Positions 50,350 through 63,910 of a DNA stretch of 64,000 nt are shown here, one piece after another (the stretch's first letter is position 1; each line of letters opens with the position of its first letter). The position numbers and the translations under genes were made by a program. This DNA is from the human T2T-CHM13v2.0 reference genome, Homo sapiens. The notes under the pieces were generated by a model. It was not told where the DNA came from, made no database searches, and saw only the letters and a list, made by a program, of their open reading frames with translations. Location: assembly GCF_009914755.1 (NCBI RefSeq), contig NC_060934.1; one strand, given 5' to 3'.

Positions 50350-50550
50350 ATAGCCACCATTTATGGGCACCAAATATACATCAGGCCCTGTTCCAGGCAT
50401 GTTATATCCATTTACTTTTTACAAAAACCCTAATGCAATGAGACCTCTCATTTTACAGATGAGGAGCTGAGGCTTTCAGAGGTAACTTGGTCAAGTTCAC
50501 ACAGTTGGGAGTGTTTATCTATGAAGTGAACTCAGGTCTTTTTAGTTCAG
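50350..50550 (-). mobile_element. MIR
   Basis: ATAGCCACCATTTATGGGCAC...CTCATTTTACAGATGAGGAGCTGAGGCT...AGAGGTAACTTGGTCAAGTTCACACAG. Confidence 0.8.
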
Positions 50551-51719
50551 AAGCTGGTGCTCTCCTTTGCACTAGAACCGTGCTTTATGGTGTGCAAAAC
50601 CCTTTTGTAAGCCGCTTCTCTGTTGGCAGCTGCAGCCGCTCTGGAAAGAGGATTCTGCAGGTATCCCCATTCCACAGTTGAAGAGAATGAGGCTCTGACC
50701 TAGTCCAGCATGCAGAATGGTGAGACGGGATGGATAGTCTGGGTTATGGCGTGTCTGCCCCAATTCCCTTGGTGGTCACCAACCGCAGAGGAGCTCCCCA
50801 GAGCATGAAGATTTGGCCGGTGCTCTGGCCACTCCTCCCCAGCCATCCTTCTCAGTGTACATGAGATGCTCAAATTATGATGTTTTATTCTAATGACAAA
50901 GAGTATAACAAGCACAGGAAATGGCCTGGCATTAATCTCCACTCCATCTTGTGGCAGTGACTGCAATGAAAATGAGAAATAGTTTAAGCTTAACCATTCT
51001 CATTACAATCATAATTACATTTTGTGGTCATTCTCAGTTTCTAGCAGGCCCCAACTGCTCCCCATGTCAATATGAAAGATACAGACAGCCCTTAATTTTT
51101 CTCCAGCATTCATTTTCCCAGCCATCTGCTGAGGATGGATCCTTGAGAAGCTGAAAATTAGGCTTAAGGAACTTATCTGTTTTATGTTTTAAATGGTTTG
51201 GCACGAACCTGCTAAACATCTGGATAAATGTAATTTACATCCATATGCCTCAAAACACATCGAATCGAACAACCGATTTATCTTTCCAATTATATGTTTA
51301 ATAGAATACTCAGATTTGGGCCCTGATTACATAGCTAGCGGCACTGAGAGCTAACCAAGAAGCATGCTGCGTGGTAAGAGGGGAGAGCTAGGGACCAGAA
51401 CTTGCTAAGGACAGTCCCCCTAATTCATAGGCCATCACTGGAATGATGTTCCTACTCACTAGGATATTAATAAGTCTGCATCTAATAATGAATAAGACAA
51501 TGACTTGGCAATTACCGTCATCCACAATGATAGCCACCATTTACAGGACACTAAATATATGCCAGACCCTGTTCTAGGCAGGTTCTGGGCAAGTGGACAT
51601 GCCCCTGTATACAGCGTGCAAATGGTATTCTCCACAATAATTGCATAGGTTATGGCTGTGCAATATTTTTCTGTGGCTGTTGTCTAACAAATCCATTTAC
51701 CAATAGGCATCTTTACCTA

Positions 51720-52480
51720 TGGTTCATTCACTCTTTTTGCAAATATTAATTGAGCACCTACAATGTGCTAGGGGCTGGCGAGGAACTTAGGATGTAGACA
51801 ATTGAAGCTGAGCCCCTGCTTTCAAGGGTTCACTTTCTGGTGGTCAACCAGAGAGCTCAAAGCAGCATAGAAGCCTGTAGGGGTGGAGGGGAGAGCTCCA
51901 ACCCAGCCCCGGGGTGGGTGGTGGGTAGGGAAGGCCCTGCGGCATCCCAGCTTGGTCTCGGCTGGTGGGGGGCAGTGGATAAATCAACCAGCATCTCTGG
52001 GTTCCAGAGTCTCCTTCCTTAAGTACATCTACCCGGCGCTGCTGAGAATGAAAGTAGACAGTCAATAATGTGCTTGGTTGAGATCCTAGTGTCACCTAAG
52101 TGCCCACTAAGTATAGGGGACATAAAGGCTCCCTGGAGGGGCCTTGACAGGTAAGGTCAGGGCTTCACTAGGAGTGGTGCAGGATGTGTGTCTTCAGGCG
52201 AGGGCTCAGGTCTGGGGCTGGGAGGGAACCCTCAAGTGTGGCTGTGCCCAGAGGGGAGGGGCGTGCAGCAGAGGCCCAATCCCGGGGCGTCCTGTGTGCT
52301 GGGCTAAGGAAGTTGGACCTTGCCCGTGAGCTGTGGGAGCCTTTCGGTAGGGGAGGCAGTGGAGAGTAAGATGATCAGACTTGCATTTTGGAGTCATGAT
52401 TCTGGCTACAGAGTGAAGAATGGATCCCCCACACTCAGGGCAAGACCAGGGGCAGAGAGGCAGAGGCAATAATTTGCAGA
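51720..52480 (-). mobile_element. L2 fragments
   Basis: TTCATTCAC...CAAATATTAATTGAGCACCTACAATGTGCTAGG, and GATGATCAGACTTGCATTTTGGAG...TCTGGCTACAGAGTGAAGAATGGAT. Confidence 0.65.
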
Positions 52481-53209
52481 GCACCTCAGCAGAGTTGTTT
52501 TGTAATGGGTTTTATTTTATTGTGGATGATACTTTACACAGTTTTGTTTAAGTCAGCTTTTGGAGAACTTGAATTCTTGGACTAGATTATTTCAGAATGT
52601 CCCCTATATATTAGATAGAGTCTTTGGCCCAGCCCAGGGGACAGAAAGCTGGGTTGGATTTTTAGTGAGTTTTGGATTTTTAGCCACTCTGGGCAAAGGG
52701 TAGAGAGTGGTGCCATAGAGTTTGGGCATTGAGGGCTGTGGCCTGGCTTGCATTCAGAGTCCTAGGGTATGGGGGTCCTTCTGTTCCCCAAGAGGTCCCT
52801 CTGCAGAACCTCATCTTGTCAGTGACCTGAAGCTCTAGATACACAATGGGGTGCTGGGAGAGGGGCCAGGCCATGGACCTTTCCTAACTGGCTGTGTGAT
52901 CTGGGCACTTGCTTGATTTCTCTAGGCCCCCTCTTCTTATCTCAAAGTGGAGGCAACAGAGAAACGAGGAGCCATGAAGTGTTTGCCGCAAGGGTGAATT
53001 TCACAGTCACATCTCCTGGCATCTGTTTCTGACTCATGGATTATTTTTCTCCAATGGCAACATATGTATCCGAATAAACCTGCCTCAGTGATACACGCAG
53101 TGTCACGTTTGTAAGCCCAAATAATAAGTGGACTTATTATTTCTTCACTGGAAAGAATGGCCCAATGCCCCTGCCATTCCAGAAATGGCTTTTTAATTTT
53201 TGATTTGTG

Positions 53210-53526
<317 letters not shown>

Positions 53527-53844
53527 TGAATTGTTAGGTCTCATAAAACTGTTTAAAAATAAATCCACGGATACAGACAGGGCACTGACAAAGGAAATAG
53601 GAACAGTAGATGTACACCGAAGGGGAAAACATCATGACAAAGCTAGAAAAATGAATTAGACATTTGCCATTAGAACTGGCCTGAAAACGAGACCAGTGCT
53701 AATTGATACAGTGGGTCTTTGCATGAACGCACAGTGGCAGGAGGAGCCCCGCCCCTTTCTGGTCCAGCTGTCCCTTCTCCCGGTCCTGAGTCATACTCAG
53801 CTGCCTCCAAGCTGCAGCCTCGGGTTGGCAGCTCATAATAGGCA

Positions 53845-54130
53845 GTGGAATTAGATCTGACCTTTGCAATTGTGGCTTTTTAAAAATTATTAAATTTAAA
53901 AATGGTTAAACCTCAAATGAGCTGAAATCTTTTGTACAAAGAACCCGTCTATCATTGCTTTTGTCCATAAAATATATTTAACCTCAACCACATAATTACA
54001 GCCAGTGAATCCACCAGGCCAGTTGGGTTTATTATGTGCATAGAGAGCTCAGCTATTCTCATCTGAAAAGGACAGTGCCGGTTCCCTTGCAGTCATTTTC
54101 TTGAGTTGCTTGGTAAAAGCTATAGTCAGG
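53845..54130. promoter_or_regulatory. Candidate conserved non-coding element
   Basis: No recognisable repeat; CCATAAAA, CATAATTAC, TTTTATTA and ACAAAG motifs. Inferred. Confidence 0.3.
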
Positions 54131-54454
54131 AAGTTGAATCTTGTCTGGAATAGCTTCCACTTTACTTCCTTGCCCCTCCCCCACCAACAATCTAGGTTGA
54201 GCAAAAAAATGCTTCACAATTAGAAATGCCCAACAAAGGAGTTAGCCAGGCTGACAGCACACCCTGGGGGAGAATGCGTGTGAGCGGCAGGGATTGAGGG
54301 CCCACGTCAGCATCCTGCAACCCACAAGCTAAGGCCCAGCCTCATACTCAGCTGCAGTTTCCAAGCAGAGCAGAGAGGGGTCTGTGGAAGTCCAGTGGCT
54401 TACAAAACACTGATACTAAACAGGATTCTGGGAATCTAGACTTCCCCAATGAAG

Positions 54455-54940
<486 letters not shown>

Positions 54941-55074
54941 CAGTTACGATTCTTTTCCTTTTCTTCTTCCTCCTTCTACTTTTTCCTCCTGGAAAACAGA
55001 CCATGAAAATAGCCAAATAAGTTGTGTGTGCATGGTGGGGGTAGGGGGAGGACCTGCTCTATTAAATGTCAGGA

Positions 55075-56050
<976 letters not shown>

Positions 56051-56569
56051 GTGCTGTTTGAGTGAGTGTGTGGATGAAAAAGAACAGAACCAGGAAATGG
56101 GTCCTGGAGAGAACCCATTTTGCCAACTGAACTCTCTTGGGACTTCTCTTCCCACTTACTGTCTGTTATTAGTGTCATGTAGTGTACACTGTTATTAAAC
56201 TCTTAACATAAAAAATAAAGCTGCTGTGGTGGGGCATGGCTGTGACCTTTGGTCTCCAGGCCATTTATCTAATGAAAGGACATGGAGCTGTGGGAAAGAA
56301 CAGCTGGAATGTTCTATTTCCTAAAGGTTGTGGGGACAGTGGTTTTGAGGCATAGGCAAAGATGTTGGTGGAAGAGAGCTTGTCCTCTGAAATGCCCATT
56401 AGTTTAAGAGCATTTTCAATTAAGTAACATAAAAAAATTAAAATAAGTATTCTTTTAATTTTAGAGCACATGGGAAGACTCTTCACTCTGTGGCATTAGG
56501 ACAAGGCCCCACTGGGGAAATATGGGACGTTTGTTTCTCCTGCTTCCCACCCAACCCTTCTGCACCTTT

Positions 56570-57080
56570 TTCTTCCAGCCACATTAAAAATGCCCTGCTC
56601 AGTATAATGGACCTCAAGGAATGCAAATAGTCTATTGTTTCAATAGAACATGGATTAACTCTCCTGAAATAATGCGTCACCGGCCAACAGTAATGCCTTT
56701 TATGGACCCGGTATGGTATCGCAACGACCTGGAAATACTGGGTCAATGAAAACACTTGGAGTTCAATGTGTTATTTTCTTATTTGTTTCTGCAGAAAAAT
56801 CTCAGTTTGGGTTCTGTTCCTGGTCATTTAGCAAAGGTCCTCAATTTGATCCATTGTCTTTTATGACAAAGAGGTCGAGGGGTTATGTGACTAGCCGAAT
56901 GCAAGTCTGCTGGGAGCCTTGGTTTTCTGCTTATGCAACAGTGTCAAAACCACTTTTAAAAATGCCATCCCATGGAAATCACCAACAGGAGGAGCTTATT
57001 GCCAGAAATCTTAATTTGATTACTAGTAGGGATTTTACTTACGATTGTGAAGTTAAAACAGAACTGCCCCCTCTTTTTGG
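56570..57080. promoter_or_regulatory. Candidate enhancer with octamer and Sox sites
   Basis: ATGCAAAT (56621-56628); CTATTGTT (56632-56639); TTTTATGG (56698-56705); retained CpGs; no recognisable repeat. Confidence 0.45.
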
Positions 57081-57589
57081 GAGGGATTTTTCCCATCCTC
57101 TTCCATATTCAAGATTGGTTAAAAAATCTCTGCCCAAAATTGATCTGAGCAGGGCTCAAGAAATGAAGACGATCTCTGGCTAATAGCAGGTGCATTTTAA
57201 TCACAAGGCCTATTTGATCATGTATGGCTTCCCTGTGCCTTACAAAGACAGAGTTTTAAAAGTGTGTAACATTAGAATATGCAAAGCCTCGGCCATTCCA
57301 CCCTGCCCCATGAAGACTTACACGATCCCAATGCTTAAAATATGGAGAGAGGAACAATTAACATTATGTTTCCAGTGCGTATGGTGGCCCTAAGTAGCTT
57401 ATGGGCTCTGTGTCCACCTAGAAGCAATAAAGTCATGTTATTATGCATTAAATAAAAGAAACATCTTAATCATTATATATGAAGATCTCTTTTCCAGTGG
57501 TCGGCAGAACGAGGGGTAAAACCGGCTTTTCTTTCCCTTCACAGCTCACTTGAGACCGGGAGAACAGGCAGAGAAGCCTGGAAATCCGG

Positions 57590-58700
57590 ATGGCTTCTAA
57601 TTGTCTCTTTACAGCCAACTAGGCTACCAAAATGATTGTCTTTTTCTCTCCAAGCCTTACTGACCTGTGGCTAATGAGATTTGTGCTTCGATTAGTTGTA
57701 GAACATAAATTAGCTAATCAATGGCAATGGATTCACATTATTTCTCATACATGAGTTCCGCTGCAGTGATCTGTATTTAATATTCAAATCAATTTCGAAT
57801 GCTCAGGATGATTCCGTTAACGTGGCATGCTGGAAGCTGGCAGCATCTGTAGCCTCCTGGCCGATGAGGACTAGGCCAAGCCTGGATGATACACCTGCCT
57901 CTCATCGGCTTCCAGAGCTTTGCAGATTGCCTTGCCTTCCATTACACAGGGTGAGGGGCAAATGGGGTTCAGCAGAAAGCTTGTGGAAAAAGCAAAAGAA
58001 AATCCAGGAGCACGTACAGCAGAGGTGGCCTCTTTCCTGAACAGGAAATCAAAAAGCAGGCGAGCTAATTTCAGGTTTCTGATGTGCAAACTTTGCAAAG
58101 AGCGAGGTTGTCGGTCAGCGTCTTCACTTTTCAGCACCGAGAAGCATATTTTTGCTCTTTGCTGTAATTGTCTCATCTGTACAATTAACTGGCATCTTGG
58201 CATAAAATGTGGAGATTTGTACAGTCTTCTAGGCATCTGTGGGCTTTATGGTACAAGTTCTGTTAGTACTGAAGCCACAGAAAATTAAATGTTCCCCAAA
58301 GAACTTCCAGATGTGCTTTATTCTAATAGGGTCATTATACAGTAAATTAAAAAGCAGGGTAAATGGAACTGTAAAATTTAAATTACTCTAAAACCACATC
58401 TCTTTGCTTTGAGCATTCATTTGTGGGGTTGCATTTGCAATAAATGTGAATTAGGCAGCTGCAATAACTGTTAATCATATATTTATAAAATAGTAATGAG
58501 GAAATGAATAGCAGAGTAAGACAGCTGCACATTTCTCTAATAGTGTGTCAACTGTGAGCATAATAAGATGTGGAACACTGTTTGGTGCTGGGCTGATAAT
58601 ACAGCTGAATGTAAGAGATCGCTTCAGCCTCTTAACTTTACATGAAATTTCACATAAAATCCATAAAAGCTCATAATAATGCATTATGCCTCTGAATTGT
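57590..58700. promoter_or_regulatory. Candidate conserved non-coding element cluster
   Basis: No recognisable repeat; TAATGAGAT (57672-57680), AATTAGCTAATCAAT, AAATCAAT, GTAATTG, CAATTAA; CpG retention near 58050-58140. Confidence 0.4.
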
Positions 58701-59479
58701 ATTCAATATTTTTCTTTGCTTTGATTTTCTGAAATGAGCTCTACTTTCACCAAAGTCATCTTCCGGAGATCGGTGAGCCTTTTGTTTCAGGCAATCTCGG
58801 GCTTCTAAGATTGCAACTGGATTTAAAGAAACCAGCGCCAATGCAGGCAAGGAGTGGATGGTGGTGCTTTGTTTTGTTTTCTCTGGGTTGCTGTACATGG
58901 CCAGAGGGATGCTTTGTCTTGGGCAGAGGACACGGTCTATACAGGCCATCTCAGCTGCCTCCCGATGTCAGGATTCTGGAGAGAGTCCACTCACTGTCGA
59001 CCAGAGTCCCTAGACTGCCAGTTTGGCCTGATGGGAGCAGGCACATCACCTTCAGCCACTTCCAAACATCTAGGTGGGCCGAGGCTGGGTGCTCAGGGAG
59101 GACCTAGGAAAGGTGGTGTGAATCTCAAGGACCAGTGTCTGGGAAGGACGGTTTTCCTTCCTGCATGCATGCCGAGATGACTCCAGGCTTTCTTAGGACT
59201 GGTGATGGTGCCTGCTGGTTTGGTGATGATTATGTCTGAGTTCGAGAGGAGGATGACAACTGATTCAGTCTTAGCAAGGCGAGGAATGGGGACAGCTCTT
59301 CTGTGGAGCTCTGGAAGCTTGGAAGCCTCCTGGCCTCATCTAGCCTGGTTTTCGGATAAACCCCTCTGTAGTGCCTATTGAAACTGAGGCTTTGGGATAC
59401 ATTTCCTTCTGTGCGTCATGGGAATAGGGGAGGGGACACTGAGGTGGAGTGTTCATGTGGAGGGCTGGTCCTGGGACAA

Positions 59480-59900
59480 TCTCATCATGTCCCTCCACTG
59501 CATAGCATTGCTGGGAGCAAGCAGATGTTCTTTACAGTGTCATTCAGAGCTCTGCAGGAGCTGGCCCAATCACCTCTCCTTCCACAACTCACATTAAACA
59601 TAGGGTCCTAGATAAGCCATGGTCTTGAATTTGGTAGCTTTGAGTCTTCTGTTTTCTTGGTCTGGAATATTCCTCCCTGCTTGCAAACTGCAGTCGTTCT
59701 TGGGCTTCCCCTATGTGAAGCTTTCCCAGACTCTTGGGCACCTTTTCTTACTCCCTATGTGCTATGTGTGCATCCCCATTACAACAGTCTTATTGCATCT
59801 TGGGGGTTCTAGAATCTAGCGCCAGCTACTCCTCAGGCTGAGGGCTCCGTAAGCGCGTCTGAATTTTGGTGCTTGATACATCTTGTTTTGCAGAATGAGT
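59480..59900 (+). mobile_element. Degenerate L2 fragment
   Basis: CATTCAGAGCTCTGCAGGAGCTGGCCC...TCTGGAATATTCCTCCC...TGTGAAGCTTTCCCAGAC. Confidence 0.5.
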
Positions 59901-60224
59901 GCATGATTGCAGTCACCAGATGTTGGTATAAGTTCAGAGAAAATGACCTGGAAGAGTTCGACTTAAACTTTGTTGCTATTTCTAAGACTAGGATAGGTCC
60001 ACCTTTCCTAAGGGCAGCCTCCTGCTCTTGGGATGGAAGGAAGTTGTCTGCTAGGGACTGGAGAAGGAGCAATTCTAATGGAAAGTTGCCCCGAGATGCT
60101 TAATGTGGGATGTCTCAAAATAGAGAGTTTGTAGCTGCACTGCCCTTCACACAAGACTCTGGGAGGACCCTCAGTGAAGGCAGTGTGCTAGGGGGAAGCT
60201 GGAGCTCATTACTGTAGTTTTCCT

Positions 60225-60349
60225 GAGAAGAAGGGAGAGAGGGAGGAAGAGGGGGGAGAAGGGGAGGCCAGAAGAGGGAGCGAGAAAGGGAGAGAAGAGA
60301 AATAAGAGGAAGAAGAGGAAGAAAAAGGAGGAGGAGGAGGAGGGGGAGA
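60225..60349. repeat. ~125-bp GA-rich polypurine tract
   Basis: Seen directly; only a few pyrimidines. Confidence 0.9.
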
Positions 60350-60449
60350 CTGTTGTATACACATACACTGAACACTCTGTGATCTCCTAAAACTAAGTTC
60401 ACTTCCCAATAGTTCAGTATTGAATTTTTTTTTAGTATTGAATTTTTTA

Positions 60450-61020
60450 ACCAACTTTTTTTAAAATTACAAAAGTACTATATGGTCATTATAGAAAATG
60501 TGGAAAGTAGAGAAGTACAAAGAAGAAAATAAATGTTCCCCATAACCATCCATACCCAGATATAACTCCCGTTAATATTTATGTGCTTTCATTGTCTTTG
60601 TTTTATTTGTATCCATATCCATGAATCCAAATATAATAATACTGTACATCATATTCTGAAATTTTTCATTCACTATATTAAGAACATATTTCATATCATC
60701 AAATGTTCTTTTTCATCATAACACATCACTTAATGTGACTCCCTAGAATGTCCAACATAAAGAATTCCATAATTCACTCATTCTCTGATTTTAAAAAATT
60801 CCGTAGTTTATCTAACCATTCTTTATATGTTTAATCATTCATTTATTGTCTATTTAACTGTTCTCTATTTATCTAATATTTATGAACATTTTTGATCTTT
60901 TAAATAATGTCGTTATTAAAGTTATTAACAACCTTTGCCAATTTCATAAGTAAAGCTTAATTTCAATTTATTTTATTTCTAATAAAGTAGAAATTTTTCC
61001 CTGTTTTTTGCTTACTTTTA
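60450..61020 (-). mobile_element. Very old L1ME-like 3' remnant
   Basis: TCATTATAGAAAATGTGGAAAGTAGAGAAGTACAAAGAAGAAAATAAA...CCCATAACC...ACCCAGATATAAC. Confidence 0.55.
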
Positions 61021-61355
61021 TATATGTCATATATAAAAATTATCTTATAAGTATATATATTATCTTATATATGTCATATATAAGTATTATATAAGTATTA
61101 TCTTATATGTGTCATATATAAATATTATCTTATATATGTCATATATAAGTATTATATATAATCATCTCAAAGGAAATATATATTATTTATATATTATATA
61201 TTATATATGAGAAATATAACATTAAATACGTATGTATATATGTGTATCTGTACACACATAATATATATTATTTATATATAATATATAAGAAAAACATATT
61301 TAATATATATACACACATATGTGTTTTCTTTGAGATGTGTGTATATATATATATT
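61018..61355. repeat. AT-rich minisatellite (~28-bp unit TATTATCTTATATATGTCATATATAA) plus degenerate (TA)n
   Basis: The TGTCATATATAA marker recurs four times in 61020-61150; TA-rich sequence follows. Confidence 0.85.
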
Positions 61356-61913
61356 TTTTTGACTTAAGTACAGCCATCATTAACTGAGGGAACAGTGCCA
61401 GCACTGAGTGTTTTATGGGATGCGTTATTTCATTTAGACCTCACATTCACCCCATGAGTAGCCACTATGCTCCACATTTAGTGGGGGCTTCTGAGGCTTG
61501 GCGAGGTTGAGGACACTACCATGAGGTGCTCTGGTGAAGCATGTTGTACTGGAATGCCTGTTTCATCATTTTTCTACTTAGGTGCTGGCAGCTTTCTTTT
61601 TATTTTATTGGAGTTGTTTAATTTATTGGAATTGTCTGCATATTAAGTATTTAATTCATTGTCTTTGTACATATACCATAGAGTTTTAAGTGGAAGCTGT
61701 AGTGTCCCAGTGTTTCCCACAAAGAAGGAGAAAAGGCAAGCAACTCATTGCTTTCTCCATTTTGAGTTTGTTGGGTGGCTTACCTGCTTGTAGCCCTACT
61801 TCCCAGATTCTTTCCCTTCATCATCTCATGGTGTCTTCGCCATGTGCAAGGTGGGTGGAGTGACATTTACTCATTCGTTTGAGGAGACTGAAGCCTGCCC
61901 AGTGTCAGAGAGT

Positions 61914-62010
61914 TGGCGGGCAAGCCAATTAAAACACAACAACAACAAACAAAACCTTGGTTGAGGGTTTTGTTTTTTGGTTGTTGTTTTTTAAATCGGC
62001 TTGCCTGCCA
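61914..62010. repeat. Inverted repeat / hairpin with 45- and 47-nt arms and a 5-nt loop
   Basis: 40 of 47 aligned columns are Watson-Crick complementary (manual alignment). Confidence 0.9.
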
Positions 62011-62090
62011 TGAGCAACAAGAACCAACCGAATCAAACCAAACTGGACAAAAACATCTCCAATGGTGAGTCAGTTGGTTTGAATTGGGGA

Positions 62091-62289
62091 TAGGGCTGCC
62101 AGATAAAATACAGAATGCCCATTTAGAGTTAATTTCAGATAAACAACCAATACTAAAATGACTAAAAACAGCAAAAAATACTTTTGAACAGTCCCAGGCA
62201 ATATTTGGGACATACTTACACTTAAAATTTTTTTGTCATTGCTTATCTGGGACCCTTGTATTTTTATGTGCTTGAGCTTACAGCCCTAA
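62091..62289. mobile_element. MER53
   Basis: TAGGGCTGCCAGATAAAATACAGAATGCCCA...TTTCAGATAAACAAC...GCAATATTTGGGACATACTTA...CAGCCCTA. Confidence 0.85.
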
Positions 62290-63049
62290 GTGGGGAAAGC
62301 CTGCTATGACTGAGAACAGAGTCAGAGGGACCGAAAGAGGAAAGACGAGCTGACTGGCCGAGTTCACTTTGTTTTTAAACTTTGCTCTCATTCTTTTTCA
62401 TCCGGTTTGGGTACACTGAGTAATGCGAGGCTGAAGGCCTGGAACCTGACTGCCTCTGTTTGGATGCATGAGTGTGGGGTGTGGGTGGTGGTGGGAGGCC
62501 TTGCATTTCTGGAGCTGCCTAATGCTTCCTCATTCTTCTGGGTGTGGGGCCAGCAGTGGGAGGGATTGGTTACAACAGAAGCCAAGATATTATATGGTCT
62601 TCCTTTTAAATAACAGAACATACAAAATCCTACTTTCTTTTCTGAATAAAAAAGTAATAATGTGAGTAGGCAGGGAATGTGTCTGGCCAAAATACCAATT
62701 TATAATGATCATTGTGGAAAACTTCCGAATAAGAAAGAAGAAAATTCAGTCACTCAGAATCCCATCACCCAGAGAAAAGCACTGTTAGCATGTTAGCATT
62801 TCAGCATATTTCCTTCCAGTCTTTTTTCCCATGGTTCTTTTGTTCTTTTAACTGTAAAGTCTGGAATCCCAAGTCAAAGTGGCCCCCTTTTCAGAAGCAT
62901 AGAGAATGTTGGGGTTCGAGCGGGAGCTCAGTGATATTAAAGTGCTGTCAGCTGGCCCAAGCTCTCCTAGGATATCTGGAAGGGTTCTCACTTTTTGGCC
63001 CTCATTGGGGATTGCACCAGGCTCTCTTAATGGCCTATAAACTGTGTTA

Positions 63050-63570
63050 GGAGTCTTTTGCAAACACAATTTAATTGGGAATTCTAACATATGTAACAGA
63101 TAAAAAAGGGCATTTTGGCAGTCTAAATCTAATTTAGAAGTTCAAATGAATGATGTTTTAAAATCAATCAATGAGAACCATAAGACTGTTTTGAATTTGG
63201 GTTTATGAGTTACACTTGCAGCCTATAACAGCCTCAGCATCCAATTCAGGTAAGAGTATTATTTTTATAGCAGTGAACCAATTATGCTTGCAAATGGTAA
63301 TTTTAAAAAGTAGCTTACTTTGAAATGTAAGGATATTCATTAATTAAACAGTAATAAGGGAGAAAATTATTCTGATGTGTGGTCTTTAAAATTTTTTTTT
63401 CCTGTTTCTTTTTTTGGTCTGTGACAGATCAGAAAAACTGTGCTCAAAAACAAGTTGCAATACCAGATAATGCATTGGGTGTGTCTCCATTGTGTTCAAT
63501 TTTGGAAGGCATATCATTATGATAAAAATTATGTACAGTAAATAATTAATTTGAATTAAATATTTGAAGA
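63050..63570. promoter_or_regulatory. Candidate AT-rich conserved non-coding element
   Basis: Canonical PBX site ATCAATCAA (63163-63171); TTAATTG, CATTAATTAA, CCAATTA and TGACAG motifs; no recognisable repeat. Confidence 0.35.
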
Positions 63571-63835
63571 CCCCATGAGTGCCCAGAACAGCCCCAGAAT
63601 TCTAGAGAAAAGCTTGGGGGAAGCCTGCCCCTGTCCGTGGCTCTCTGGACAACAAGATTGTGTTGGGCTGACCAATGCCCAATTCAAAATTGTTGGTCAT
63701 CTTGGGATCAAGAGGCTCTTGCTGGAGGCTGAGCCCATGATATGCTCTTACACCACCACTGCTGGCCCCCAGCGTGGATGCATGTGCTTCCACAGAAGAC
63801 CGTAGATATTCAACGGTTATCTTTTCTTCACTCTG

Positions 63836-63910
63836 GGATAGTAATGGCTACCATTTATTGAGCATCTACTAAGTGCCAGACCCTGTGTGGTGGCTTTACA
63901 TAATTAGAAA
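63836..63910 (-). mobile_element. MIR 3' fragment
   Basis: TAATGGCTACCATTTATTGAGCATCTACTAAGTGCCAGAC...GCTTTACATA. Confidence 0.75.

Noticed and set aside
56713-57183. 156-aa ORF, plus the 122-aa Cys-rich ORF at 57920 and the 166-aa ORF at 773
   Set aside because: No recognisable domain or convincing splice architecture, and some use non-ATG starts. ORFs of this size arise by chance in 64 kb.
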